A DNA stretch of 64,000 bases from positions 1,929,838-1,993,837 of the forward strand of contig NW_019091362.1 of the NCBI RefSeq assembly GCF_001949145.1, in the 5' to 3' direction. The translations under genes were made by a program, and so were the position numbers. Below, piece after piece: positions 48,061 to 62,408 of this stretch; within the stretch, counting starts at the first letter, position 1, and every line of letters starts with the position of its first letter. The notes under the pieces are model-generated. The model did no database searches. It was not told where the DNA came from and saw only the letters and a list, made by a program, of their open reading frames with translations. The DNA comes from Acanthaster planci (taxonomy: Eukaryota).

Positions 48061-51000
48061 TTAGCACTCACCGGTTCTTTTAAGAACCTCACTTCGCCCA
48101 AAAGAGATTTATTCCATGGTGTACCCGCAAACCCACTTCTCATTATCCGGATTCCTTTTTTTCTGGGGACAGCCGAAAATTCTACATTTAACACACTTAA
48201 ATCAGAGGTAGAACTTTCAGATTAGGACTTATCAATGTTTCCCTCCTGTGACGAATAGTGAAACTTTGACCCAAACAGTCACTTTTAAACTCCGACACAA
48301 GCAACATGTCTTAACCCTAATGTACATTTATCATGTAAAAACGTACTTGTAAGTAAAGTAAGTAAGTAAATGACGGGGTACTTGGTTTTAAGGAAGTTTA
48401 ATAGAATATGGGCTATTCACCCGACAAATTTCGCGCACTGGGATTGGTCAAGGCGTTGCAAACTCTTGGGGGCGCACTATTGTGAAACGCCTGTTGTGGT
48501 GTTTGTTTCAGTTTCAATCCCTATCTGCGCTGTAGGAGGGATTGTGTAACTTCATTACATATATCGTTGCCGTAGCCTCCGCGTTTTCCTGCTAAGATTT
48601 AAGTGTAAAAATCCGAATAAATCCATGGGTGGTTATGGCATTTGTCAGTTGAGATGTGCATTGACCGTGTTCAACTGAGGTAATATGAACGTGCCTTTGA
48701 AGGATGAGGCAAACTTTGGGGGCTTTGGGTACCCTTTTGGAAGGAAGAGGGAGGGAACTCTACTCCTTTTGGTGTTCACAGCCTCCTCTTACCCCAGGGG
48801 TCGGGTTCATTAATCCTGTTTTCATTAGTGCTCATTAGTGCTTTCGAGACAGTACTCTGGTTTGTGAGAGGTATCCCAATTGGTGTGGCCATATACTGAA
48901 GAATCACAACTTAAAAATGAAAAACGAGGAATACTGTGCGCGAACCGGAGGAAAATTGAGGGTGGTCGTGTATTTTACAAGCCACATGAAACTTCTGGTT
49001 GACCTACCTTATAACAGAGCCTGGGGAAAATTCGTCCTGCGGCAATACTTTCTCTAATTTCGTAACGACGGGTGCTTAAGTTATCATGCCAAGTCTTTAG
49101 GAGTGTTCTTGCTGAAATCTCATAGTCATGTTGATACAGTTTTTATAAAAATCTGAAGTGTTGTTTCATTTTAATGAATTTTCCCGTCCATTGACTTTCA
49201 GGACCATGACGGTAGGTTCTTGAGCACTGAACGGAAATCTAACCGGCGTTACTGACTACCTCGCAAAAATACAATGACCAGCCGGCTTCCTTTAAACAAC
49301 ATTATTCACAAGATCAAGGATATTATAGAACCTCTTAAATAATTTGTTTAAGGCATGGCATTGCTTCAGTTCAATTCAAAAGAAAGGTTAGTTTCAGTTC
49401 GACATTGTTTGGTCGTTCGTGGAGACATTCCCCGGCACTGGTATAAAAATAGGCCATGGGCTATACGAGTTTCCGCTCATTGAAATATAACAATTTTCTG
49501 ATTATATGAAATTCGGGCATGATGCTGTTATTTTGGTTTAGCCATTCATCAGTCGCTAAGTGGAAAAGCGAATTAAATGTCAGCATGAGTAGGCAGGCAT
49601 GGTTCAGTGGATATTTTCATGGAGATGTGAAGCACATGAAGCGACTGTAAGAAATCGCTTTAAAAGTGTCACAAGTTTCACCCATAATGTAAACAAAAAA
49701 GCGTTGCTACTGTTTTGCGCCAGAAAACGAGACCCAGGGTAACTGAGTGTGCCATTGATTCATTGATTTGTTTGTACAAAATGAAACACTAAAATCGATG
49801 GTAATTAGTCATGAGCAAAATGTCAGCAGTGCTGATCTAGAAGTTTAGCCTTGGTTGGGAGGACAACTTTACGGTTGACAATGGAAAGCAATTATCTCTG
49901 AAAAGAGATCTCCGTGGGAACTGCAAAATGGTATGTTGTGAACTATAAACACTGACACTTGTTGATCGCTCATCCAAGGCCCTCATATAGCACAAACGTT
50001 GCAGATATAGCTTTTTGTCTCATGTGGGAACGATGTCTGAATTCATAATATGAATATAATATATTATAGCACCGAAAAAAGCACTGCGAGTAACGACAAA
50101 TGTAGGTTTTCCCGTCCAATTTCGGAAAATGCTCGATCTAATTTGTTAACAAAAATTCAATTTTGCGAAGGTTTTGAAAACGACTTAAAACCTTGTTTCA
50201 TGTTCGCAATAACAGGTAGTCGACCTCGTTTTGCATTCTTGAAATAAATGACAGTGCATTACGTTTTTAAGGGTTATAAAAACGTGACTGGGATTTTGGA
50301 TTGACGTATTCCTTGCCAATTACAACAACCGTGCATTCTTTTTCGCTAAAAATCGGCCTTTTACCGTGACCCTTCAGACGAGAGTACTCTGTTTTATTTG
50401 CTGTAATTCAAAAGGGCGAAACATACAAGGCTGCACAAATCATGACACCAATTTGATAATAAATGTCATGTTGCTCATGAATGCATATAGTGTGTTTGTT
50501 GCAGCAAAAGAAGGGAGGTTCCCTCAGCACTGGTGTTTATATAGGATTCCTACTATAGTCGATATGTTTCCAAAGACAACATGAATGGTTTGTTTCAATC
50601 ATGGTTATTCAAACATTTAACCAATCAACTACACACGTCAAAGTATGTAAGTTCTATTAGCACACCTAGTTCAGCAAAGAATTCTAATTCCTGACCAGGC
50701 ATACGTTAAGTAACACTTCCCGCGACATCGTCCCCATATTTTGCGAAGTAGATTGAGTTTAAATCAAGACGAATGCGGATTACAAAGGTGCATTAAATTT
50801 CGTGCAAAAATGAATGTCATATTGGGAAATTGAACGCTGACTTTATACAACCACGGAGGAAGAACGGGGAGGGAGGTACAACTCTGGCAATTCAAAGTGC
50901 TCGATGAGCGTGGGCGCTGGGTCAGACGGACAATAGTAAACATTCCAAACATGTCCGACTGCCTGTTGCTTAGCCCATGGAGGAATAAAACTTGCTTAGC

Positions 51001-54000
51001 CGTACAAGTGGGGCCAGTAACATCCTGGTAGTATTTGGTGTGTTTGTTTGTAATTAACTACAACTTGTCACCGTGACCAGAGCGAAAACCTCTAACATTA
51101 GGCCTAGGCCTACCTTTGTCATTGTAAATAATCTGTTTTATTTTGATACACTATTCCATTATCCATGCAATGTTGGTAAGTTTATTTTGTCTCTCCAAAA
51201 CATCAGTTTTCAAAGTCTTTGTACGAATTTGGCTAAAACTGGCCAACAACATGTTGACCACCACTGGACATTTACGTTCATAACAAACAAAATGCGCTTT
51301 TTTATCTCAAGGAGTGATTATAACATCTCATAAAATACCTTTTTGTATGAAGTCCGTAATAAAAATGAGTCAAATGAAATACAACATCTTATAAACAACT
51401 TCGCTATTTATTCCAAAAATAACTACAGAAGAAAGCGTTCGGTAAGGGCAATTACTGTACGTGACCACTTAGAGCGCACACCCTAATACAAGAAACTGCG
51501 CAAGCATTAAATTTGATGTTGTTTTAGCATCATACCAAGCGCCAACGATGGCATGAATATTCAAATTCCTATACTGTAACACACAACATTTTCAGGACGC
51601 AGATTACATGCTAAAAATCGCGGCAATGATCATGCAGTACAAAGGGGCTTATGGTTGTGAAACAGGTGGCACACAGCAAGCATTCGCTGCGCTCTGGCCA
51701 TATACATACCGGGCATGCCAGAAAGCGGTAATTGGCCAGATGTTACAGCCCGGGCAGTTCAAACTCCTTCTGTGTCCCTCCTCCTTGACGCAACTGAATG
51801 CACCCTCATTGAAACAGAATTTAGAGTTTGTTAAATACAAACGGGAATTTGAATGTTCGTTCTATTTCGCTTGAAAACGAATGCTACTATAATTAATTCA
51901 TTTGCACATTTTCCGAAATTGGCCGGGGAAACCTATATCAATATGATGATATTTTCAAAAGATCTCGCTGGGATACAAGTACTTGGCATATCACAAGACA
52001 GAAATTGCTGTTCTTACTCAGTCTGGCAGACATGTTGGAATAATATAGGAATGGCTTTGAGGGCTTTTCTATAAAGCCATGAAATTTGATTATCATTTGA
52101 ACTTCGGTAATTGTACTGTGTTCGTCGCGCTTGTTTCCATTCTTTATTTGGTCAGGAAACTTGTTTAAAGACTTCTTTATTTGTTCGCTATGGGATCTTA
52201 TATGTAGAGTTCATTACCCTGGAGTCGGCGAGGAGATTAAAACGCGTCGATTTATTCGACACACTTGTAATAACAGATTTATGTTCAACATTCAATGGGA
52301 CATTGGAAACCAATGAATACGCCAATAATATAACACAATTGTTTACCATTTTACGCATCAAGAAACGTCCACCTGGCTAGGTTAGAACAAAAGAATTTAC
52401 ACGATCATGAAGTAAATCGATGTAATAGGGGTACAGGGACACATTTTGGAATACGAGTAAAAACAAAGGGTCGCATCGACCTATCCTAGGCCCCATAAAT
52501 AGATCTATGATACGAGGAATGAGGTCAGTCAAAATACCGTTTTACTGCAGCTGATCCCAAACTATTTTTTTTGAACTAAAAGGAATATGTTCAGCTCAAT
52601 GGACTTGTTCATATCAATTCCCTGTAAACAAAGGTAGCTAAGTCTTTAGAGCAACTTTAAAAAGAGTCAGCTGATAACGAATTATATTCCACCATATCAA
52701 AAACAGTAACTAAATGCTCAAGGGAGAATTTAAACATCTGATTTGCATTCACGTCTGTAGCCGTAGCAGTGTGGGGAAGTAAGAGGCTCCCATACACCTC
52801 TCCTTCAAGAAAATAATACGTAAAAATACTCTTTTTCAAAGGCGAGTAATGCTATTTTTTTGTACATTACTTTCCCTTAAAAAGCATGTAAAATGCTCTT
52901 AATAATAGACTCACCCTAAGAATTGTATCAAAAGTTCCACAAAAAATGAGAAATTTCTGCATGTTCACCGCTGGAAAATTTGGTTAAGATCTCTGTTTTT
53001 TCTCACGTAGATGAATGTGGGGCAACTCTCAGGCAAGGGTTTTTGCAATTCAATGAATTCTAAATGACGTCCTAGAGAAAATTACATAAACACACATGAT
53101 ATACACAAAAAACCACAAAAGATTTAAAAAAAAAAATTATTTTAGAGGGTATGATCCAGCCTCGGTCATTAAAAGGGTCCCCGTTGATCAACAAAAGTAC
53201 ACAACCTCAATAAAGCAAGTGCATAAAATAAAATAGCAGGAATACCTGTGCCTATAGTTTCTGAAAAAATAGATTCCTATGTGCCTGTTTGTGTCACACG
53301 AATCTGGATCACGATCAGGGATCCCGAAGCCGGCCCACTCAATCCATCAGGTGGGTTCTTGTGTTAATGAACCAAGGATTGATTGATTGTTCTCTTTGAA
53401 ACAAACAATGTGATACGTTGGACGATCCTTCCCTGACCAGTTGTAGGAATACAGGGTGGATTCGATTTCTTGTTTTGGGGCAAATCAAGAAAAGATATTT
53501 TCGTCAATCAAGGACAGTCGGCTCAATAAATTCTGTTGGAATGCTTTGACCAGCTCTCTTTGTTATTCAGACCTTGAGTATCACATTGGGCGCGAATTGT
53601 GTCTAGCCGCGCAGGTGTTGATGTACCGCAAGGCTAACATAAAAACACTTGAAGCGGTAGGATTAACCATGATATGATAACAGCGGACATAACATGACCC
53701 CAGCCAAATTTTCGTAAAACCAAACTAAGTAAAATTGCAGACATAACATCGCAAGAACAAGATCGCTGAGAAAATATCTTTTTTTTTTCTTTTAAAAAGA
53801 ACTCTGATAAAGCTGGACTGCGTAAATTTGTTTTGTTTTTGACCACGGAAGTAGGTCAAAGCGGTCGTATCGACTGCTTGTTGTCCTTGTTACAGCTTGG
53901 TCTTGAAACTGTCTATATAAACAAATTTTTTACGAGAAAAGTACAATGTGGTTTGATTGTGTAGGAATTATGACTGTCAGTGATTTGCGCCNNNNNNNNN

Positions 54001-55180
54001 NNNNNNNNNNNNNNNNNNNNNNNNNNNNNNNNNNNNNNNNNNNNNNNNNNNNNNNNNNNNNNNNNNNNNNNNNNNNNNNNNNNNNNNNNNNNNNNNNNNN
54101 NNNNNNNNNNNNNNNNNNNNNNNNNNNNNNNNNNNNNNNNNNNNNNNNNNNNNNNNNNNNNNNNNNNNNNNNNNNNNNNNNNNNNNNNNNNNNNNNNNNN
54201 NNNNNNNNNNNNNNNNNNNNNNNNNNNNNNNNNNNNNNNNNNNNNNNNNNNNNNNNNNNNNNNNNNNNNNNNNNNNNNNNNNNNNNNNNNNNNNNNNNNN
54301 NNNNNNNNNNNNNNNNNNNNNNNNNNNNNNNNNNNNNNNNNNNNNNNNNNNNNNNNNNNNAAATTTGTCGATCCAATGCGCGTTTGGAAAGGGTCTACAA
54401 TTTTTGCGCGTTATGATTGGCCAATGTATTACAAACTCTTGGTGGCGCACTACTGTAAATCGCCTGTATTCTTTGTTGTTGTTGTTCTTTGTTGTTTTTG
54501 CTTCCCTTTGGTTTCCTTAACACCCTTACGACACCAGCTCGGTAACATTATTCAGAAATGCAACGTAGCCCCAGTATGGCGGTGACTAGTCACGTGGCTA
54601 CTTTGCATTGCAAATTTTAGAAACTGCATCTATGTTAGTAGCTATGTGATGTTCATTACGTACATCGGGTATGTTTGTCAATTAATCACCTTGTGGGAGC
54701 CTACCACATGCCAATTGAGCCTCTGAAACTTTGGAAGGGAGTGGAGTCGTCCCAACACCTAGACACGGGGTAATGCGTAATGTTAAAATATATTACATGT
54801 ATTTCAATAAATTGTGTAACTTGGACTAGGAGAAAACCAGCATGTGTGATACTATTACATGAATATTAACCTTATGTAGACTTCGTCAATTTTATGATAG
54901 AAGTCGCCATACATTTTGTATAATTCAGACCATCGAAACTATACTGCATAAATTGTGAGGATATTGTCTTTTTGTTCTCCCACTGACGCACGTTTTGTTT
55001 GAGGAAAAGGAGTGTCGCGAGATGTCTTTGTACGTGGTCAAACGTTAATGTGGAGTTTTAAAAGATAATTTTAGTAAATTATATCATAATCTGCGTCTCC
55101 TCCATGTCCAGTTAATCACTTTAAATCCTCCCTTTTGACATAGGAAAGGTCACCCCATTCGCTACAGAAGCATCGACACG

Positions 55181-58100
55181 ATGGCGGTGTCAAGGACTCT
55201 ACATGTAGTCCTGTTAGTTGCAGTAATAACGACCGTCGGCGCAAGTATATAAAAGTCCATTTCCATATCTGGAAGAGAGTACATGTAAAAAGAATGTATG
55301 TATTTAAGTCACGAAATTTCACGTTGTCAGGTACACTCCTTTCAAGACCGATTTAAGATATTCATGGGGATTACGAGACACATGACTAAAAATTTGATGA
55401 TTTTTTTTTTACTATTGCATTTGCATGTAGCGTCAAAACCAGAGAGTTCCTGTCAAGTGTTCCAAAGTGGCAAAACCGATGCACTTCAGTGGCATCCGCA
55501 CTCACCGCCATCTTCGCATTTTCGGGTTTATTTCAGGTATGCATTCCTAAGCTCATTAGCAGTTCCCACAACAGCAAGGGGTGCATGGAAAAATGCACCT
55601 TTTTCAGTGTCGAACCTTAATTAACATTAATTATGAGCAGCCGCTGCCGCCCCCTCCCTCAACCAAAAGAAATTTTTCCTCAGAATCGTGAATCTATTCT
55701 CTTGTGGGAGGCCGGTATGCATCCAGGGAAGTGAGGTTACCCCTAATTATTGATAAGTATATGTATGATCAGTACATTTCCAACCGATGATAGGTCCATT
55801 TCTCAAAAGAGTGCATACTCCGAATGAAATTCAATTTGTACATTCATTCTAGGATTGTCGTAACGGAGTTAAGCAGTAATTCTTGATAGTGTTTGTATCA
55901 AAAATTCTCCCTTGAAAACTACTGATTTAAAAAACATAATTCCGAAGCATTAATGCGTAGTTTTCTTCGAGTCCTTACATTATAGGCCAGGCGGCTGGCG
56001 TTTAGGAAATCAATTCGCAGCTACAGCGGCGTATCTGATTTTTTTGGGGGGGGGATCAGAAGCGAGTGAATCATTGGGCTTATTCAACATGATGTTTGAG
56101 AAGAAAAAAATTATCAAAAGCCTTACTCACGGTCCCAACATCTCTTTTCATATTTCGTGGCTTTTTTTGTAAGAGTTTTTGCGCTAAGATTTGATAAATG
56201 AGATTACTAGTTCAAAACAAAACTCCGTCAAATTACCCCCGCCCATCCCCAACTGGATACACTGCTGCGTAGCTGGTTGTCATTATTTGCTATGTTGGTT
56301 GCGCTTCATTTCTTTAAGTCACTTACCTTTCATATCCTGCTGTTTATTATTTCTTTGGTCTTGGTTTTGATGGCGATGGCGTTTTGCATTTTTTTAAACA
56401 GGGTGGCTGCAGTTTCCGATGTACAGATTGTACTGGCGGATGGTGACGACGATGACTCCGATAGAATTATCATCAGTAAGTGAAAAAAAAACTGACCTTT
56501 GAAATGCAAATTTCTGTTCGTGTATTGGGTTGTTGGGCGTGCCTGATGGGGCGTTTGTTGCTGCAGTGTTTTTTTTTTTTGGCTTTTAAGGTAGTTTGTT
56601 TGTTGGGGTGTTGGGTTGTTTGTTTGTTGGGGGGTGTTGGGTTGTTTGTTTGTTTATTTGAAGATTTTTTTTTTTACAGTTTTTCAGTTTAGACGGTCTC
56701 CAACAAAATATCGTCCTCTATTGTATATCAGCAGCTGTGTTCCTGACCAATAACAAAGTATTCCCTCGAATCATTTTCACTTAAACAGCCATAGGTGGTG
56801 ATGGCAACTCCAAGACTTCCATCCGGCGTCCCCGTCAGTCAGCGGAAGAGAGTAAGACTACTCTCAAAGAATTGGTGTGCGATTATTTCAACCCTTACTG
56901 GGTGCAGTTCGAGCCAAGGTACAACACTTTACTGTCTAGGAGTAACAGGCTGGCCAGTGGCGTAAATTTGTGTGGGACATTGGGGGATGGGGAATTGGAA
57001 AGGTGGAAGGATGATAACTCAGCCATGGAAATTTGAAAAGCCAGGGGACACCATATACACTAGATAGAGGCCTATGTTCATGGCATAGATGTGTATCTAT
57101 AACATGCATAGCATTCATGCGAATCTTACATAAGAATGGATTTTAATGAAGGAATAAATGTGTCCTTTGTGGCCGGGCTCAAACGTGCGTTTAAAATGGG
57201 TTAGGAGAATGGACGTGACTAGTGCCCGGTATACTGCTAGGTTTTACAGTGTGTGATCAGGAACAAAAATGTTTGAAAAAAAAGTATATTCAGCGGGGAT
57301 AAATACTTTATACGAAGAGAAGTATGAGCCATGAAGCCTAAAAACTCAGTCCGAACAAAAGAAACGAAAATGCTAAATTGAAAGAATTGCTTCAACTTTA
57401 CTGTTCCGAAATATTTCGGAAACAAACATTCGAAAATAGCCAAGTCTCAATCTGTTTGTTGTCATACAGTTCAGTAAAAGTCGGGCGAGGGGGCAAAAAT
57501 ATTGCCCTTCTCAAGTTAGACTTGGATCCCGGCCAACCCATTTACCCAAGCTTCTTGGGCTATGGAACCAGCGTTAACAGCGTGGGCCTCTTCATTTTCG
57601 AAGACTTCGAGGATCAGTGGGGTAAGTGCGTATAAACTGAGGTAATGTGGTTCTACATGTATTGTTGTCCTTACCTTTCCTTATTTACTGCAAGTCTCGT
57701 AAAGACGCAGCAAGGTGTTTTCTATTCAGAAATATTTCACTTTGGTATTTTAGTCGACCCCTGTTTAAGTAACCCATGCCATCACGGAACATGCGAGCCC
57801 TATGAGGGAGAAGACTTCTATTGGTGCGAATGCGACCATGGATACTTTGGAGACAACTGTGAGACAAAGGATGGTAGGTAGATGATTCTTCGTATTAAAA
57901 AAAAAGAGGTCATGGGGGTCCTGTGGAACCTGAGTCATATTATTTAAATCTAATGAGCCAGGTGCAAACCACGCGTGAGTCCTTGAGGGGTAGCTCAAAA
58001 GCACGTCCGAACGACCTCAGACGCGCTTCACTCTGAGTATGCCTTGTTAGAATATCGAACCGACTCATTGGAACTGGGCCGAGAACTCTGCCCGAAAAGA

Positions 58101-61100
58101 GCTACTTTTAATGTCGTTCGTTCAGGAATGCATTATTCAGAATGTTTCATGATAGGAAGTGTTTCCTTTAATTGAAATTTGAGGTGGGTAAAGAGGTAGG
58201 ATTGTGCACCAAAAGATGTGACAAGCAGCACCCATTTTAATGTTCTTTGAATCAGAGTTGTAGACGCACGAGTCACTTGACTGGGACTCAGTCGCTAGTT
58301 TTGTGGCTTGACTTGTAACTATCAGTTTTTGACTTGTGTCTTGGTCTGGACTTGCAAAATATGACTTGTGGCTTGACTTGGCTTGCACGGTATGACTTGT
58401 TACCAACGCAAGTCAGAAAACTACTCAATCGAACCTGTTCCTGCGTGATTCGTGTTGCGGATCGCAGTATGAACTGCAAGTGTTTGTACCAAATTGACTT
58501 GTGACTTAACTTGGACCTGCAAAAAATAGACTTGCTACCACCTCTGCTTTGAATGTACCATTTATTGAAACAGGGAGGAGAGTTATTCTTGAAGACAACC
58601 TCCCATAAACCTAAACGGCACACTCAAAGAACCTCAAGGGGGGTTTTACGACTCGCATCTTCAGTCCTACCCATTAGCCGCCTCACATTACACAGTGTTG
58701 GGTGGAATATTGTTGACACTTGTATGTAAAGCTTCGTGTATTCCAAAAGAACACACATAGGACAAGGCTCCCCACTCATACTGATTCACCCCACTGATTT
58801 ACCTCACCGTTCAGGCGAACATACCGAATGGAAACAAACCGAGTGGGAAGAGACACGTTGGGAGGAAGAGAAAACGTTCCAGGTCACAGGTCATTCCGAA
58901 GAGATTATTATTACAAAGGAAGTAGACATCAGCTTGACTCAAGAATTCGACATAGAGAAGGACGACCCCGTGTTCATAATCTTGCACTCCCAGGGCACAG
59001 AACTCATCGAAATAGGTAGGTCCAATGGAGTTTTCTGTTTCCGTTTTGTCTGATGATTTGATAACAGGGGCGCCTCTTGACGGGAAGAAAGGTTGAAGTG
59101 AAATCAATCAAACATCAAATTTATCCCTGTACCACCACGTGACAAAGGAATGCCCGAAGCGTCTGGGATCCAGGATTTGATCTTGAAATTGAATGTGTTA
59201 TCTTTTTAATGTTAAATTAAAGAAGGTCTCAAATCATTTTGTATTGTTATTTTAAAATCTTTTTTAAAGTAATACTTACATTTTGACAACTCCTTATTCG
59301 GATTGACCAAGAATCTGAGTTAAAATTTGCTCAATCATTTTGCGGGTTCCAAGTAACAACTTTCTGGTTAATATTAAAGAGAAAGAGTCCATTTCAAAGC
59401 AAAGAATTATAATTTTTAACCTGGAATACGGAGAGAGGTAATTTGGGTTGAGAGTCTTGGTCAGCTAGTCTGTCCCAAGAATTTATGGGATGTAAAATCA
59501 GCTTTTCCAGAGTCGAACATCCCAAAGAAAGCTTGGCATTTTATCTACACAACAATGCAAAAAGGTCAAAAACAATTGGCGACTTCAACAAGAAAAAAAT
59601 TTAAAAACCTCACCAACTCCGTATTACTGGAAATATCATCACAGTTTTTACGAAATGACGAAAGTCTCTGCAGAGAGTAAACGCTTTTTTCCCCAGTATT
59701 AAGCATTCCTTTTACCTAACCAACGATATTCTCTGAAGAAAGGATATTAAAGGACACAAAACTACAAAGTAATATCTATAGAAGTTAACTGAAATGCATT
59801 ACTATATATTAATGTATTATTTTGTATAAAAAACTAGTTTGTCTTTTTGTGAAAACGCTGAAATTCGTGAGACCATTTGTCTCTATGTGAAACGGCGCAC
59901 ATAGTACGGTACACGTTTTTGCCGTTGCATAGCATTTGTACACAAGCACTACCATTCTCAAATGCGTCCCTTCCTATAAATTGCTAAACAAATTTTTACC
60001 CATGTTTTTGCCTTATTTTGCTGCTATATATTTATGGAAGGCAAAAATGCCTCTTTGAGAAACGTAATGATTTGGCTTAATTCTGTTGGTTTTGTACAAA
60101 ATGGTTAAAAGAAGTTATAGGCATCACATATCCTGTTCGACTTTTGACAGGAAACAGAAATTTGAAAAAAAAATCATTATTTTCAGCCAGTTAGTTTCTT
60201 CGTGAAAACAGTAACGATATAAACATATACCGGACGCAATATTAATAATAGATACATATTAATTTATTATAATATGTTTCAGAGGTGGTGAAGAAAGCCG
60301 TTTACATATTGAACTCCCTGCACCTGCGACTGAAATCTGCCGATTTACCACAGTGGTGCTGGCAGATGAAATCGCTGAAATTGCTCTTAAAATTCGTCCA
60401 AAGCGGCTTCGATGTCTACGCGAGATCTTCAACGGAAACTGTGCTCATAATTGAGTACAGGAAACCAGCCCAGCGGGTGTTCACTGTCGGCTCCATTGGA
60501 TTCATGTCAAAATCGATAAAGACAACGACCTTGATCTACAAACGAACACGTAAGAGAATCCTTTAAGTCTGCAAGGGTAAACACTATGTGCTATAGTATG
60601 AGTCAAACAAAGTTCGCTCGTTTCAAATGTAAAAATCTGACGCTGTAACGCTGCTAATAATAAGTAACACTATTGTTGATGTACCTTAACATGAAGTGTT
60701 CAGGTTTTGCTTCTTGTGTCTTAACGGAGCAATATTTTAGCTCAAATTTCACAATCAGTGGCACTTTATCAAACTCCTTTTTTTTATTCATAAATCTCGA
60801 TTTTATGTACCTGCTTCAATGTTGGGATGAAATTTTATTTTCGCCGAATTTTCTGATTTTTTCGGACGTGCGAAATGAACTCTCTCAAATTGTGCCCCAA
60901 CACCGGGAAAAAAAAATTCTGACAAACTTGTGGATGAGTATTTGAGTGGTAGTAATAATGCTTTACAGGATTATATCATTTTCAAAGGAATTTGTTAACG
61001 TTTATGAGGGATTTTTGATGGCCTTTTCAAGCGCGCCACGTTAGGGAATGCTCAGCTAAATTCGAGTCCAGTTTCTGGACGTCGACAGTTTTAGTTTTCG

Positions 61101-61483
61101 AACGAAATCTCATGACACTGAAATTGTTCAAAAAGTTCAACACCATGTATCATGAAGGTAAGAGTACCACTTTTTAACCAAATTAGTATTAAGTTTTTCA
61201 AGAAAGAGCTTAAGCTACGCTATGTGAGGCACGTGAGGTGAACAATGGAGTGCACCACGTTACTGGACTGTGCCACAATAATCGTCAGATTAGATCAATA
61301 TGATCAGTAGATATTACCCACTTTGGTATAAATAGAATTTTTCAAGGATTTTCCTAATCTACTTTCTTTATCTAATTTCTTTATGTGTCTTGTGAAATCT
61401 CACAACATCCCATACAAACAAAGATGTTAGTCTGCGCGAACTTGGATCAACTGGTCACCAGACATCTACTTCGAGTAAACAGG
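55181..61483 (+). CDS. Gene C: secreted protein, FAMeT-like + EGF + divergent FAMeT-like domain; terminal exon not resolved
   Basis: Exons 55181-55244 (MAVSRTLHVVLLVAVITTVGA, weak donor), 55431-55536, 56402-56475, 56789-56918, 57470-57621, 57754-57873 (EGF DPCLSNPCHHGTC..WCECDHGYFGDNC), 58815-59015, 60283-60549 and probable 61424-61483. Exons 2-5 have exactly the lengths of gene A exons 2-5 (106/74/130/152 nt) and align with them (CQVFQSGKTDALQWHP vs CQLFQTEKNDGLQWHP; YWVQFE in both). Confidence 0.85.
58253..58546. mobile_element. Non-autonomous hAT-type MITE with GACTT subrepeats and 8-bp TSD
   Basis: Ends CAGAGTTGTAG / CTACCACCTCTG. TSD CTTTGAAT at 58245-58252 and 58547-58554. A partial reverse-orientation relative lies at ~42630-42985. 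Confidence 0.9.
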
Positions 61484-62280
61484 GTAAGTGCTCATTGCTG
61501 GACGACCATTTTTCGACATTCAAACAAAAATTACAAAGTGAAGGATTAACCGATCTCGAGGAAGTCTTGAACCTATTTTTTTCCTAACGTCTGCCCCTCT
61601 TGGTTTAAGAAAGTCCTCATGGGCCCCTCCTGTAGAACCTTTACCTCGAAAGGATGTTCTACTTCAAATATTCCTGTAGATCTGTGTTTTCACACAAATC
61701 TTACTGCCCCCCGTACACGCACAAAACGTGTTGACTGATGGACAGGCCGAAAGGCCGAAGGGTTAGAAAGGGAAGTGGTTCAGATGAAAATTCACATCAT
61801 GAGATGAGGTGTTAATCATGTGACAGATCAAGTGACAAGTCATTTGACATTAACTGTTTGGCATGTGTCGTCTAATTGTGTGTGCGCTTGTCATTAAATC
61901 TTGTAAGTAGTTTGTCAAGGAAGTTCGTCACTGGTTTCAGATGAATGAAACAAGGGCCGAAGCAGCTGCGTTTGTCCACAAACACATTTCTAGTTTTTAT
62001 GATTTTTGTTAATTTAGGTATGCAGTTGAGTAGGCATACAGGGTATAGTTTACCTTCACCCTTTTTATTTTTAAGATTTGAACAGATCTTGCTGGGTATA
62101 GCTACATAGGGTAAAACGCACGGAAATAGAAACGCCCTATACTTAATACTTGGCTTGAAACCAGAACGTCTTCCTGATGAGATATGGAACGGGAAACAGG
62201 ACTGTCTGCTTCTAGGTTTAATACCAGTCCAAGGTAGAACTAACTCGACCCCACAACCGATGCAGTAAAATGCTTCATTT

Positions 62281-62408
62281 GCCTTTTAGAAGTATGGCGG
62301 ACACAATAGGAGGGCGCTGTTTGAAGTGGTAAATTTGGAGCAAACACAAAAGATTTTACCCAAACCAAATAGAGCACTCCTATTGTTTCCGCCATACCTC
62401 TAAAAGGC
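62281..62408. mobile_element. Short palindromic MITE-like element
   Basis: GCCTTTTAGAAGTATGGCGGACACAATAGGAG / CTCCTATTGTTTCCGCCATACCTCTAAAAGGC. Confidence 0.75.

Noticed and set aside
62174..62200. CTGATGA...GAAAC hammerhead-like core
   Set aside because: The intervening bases cannot form stem II.
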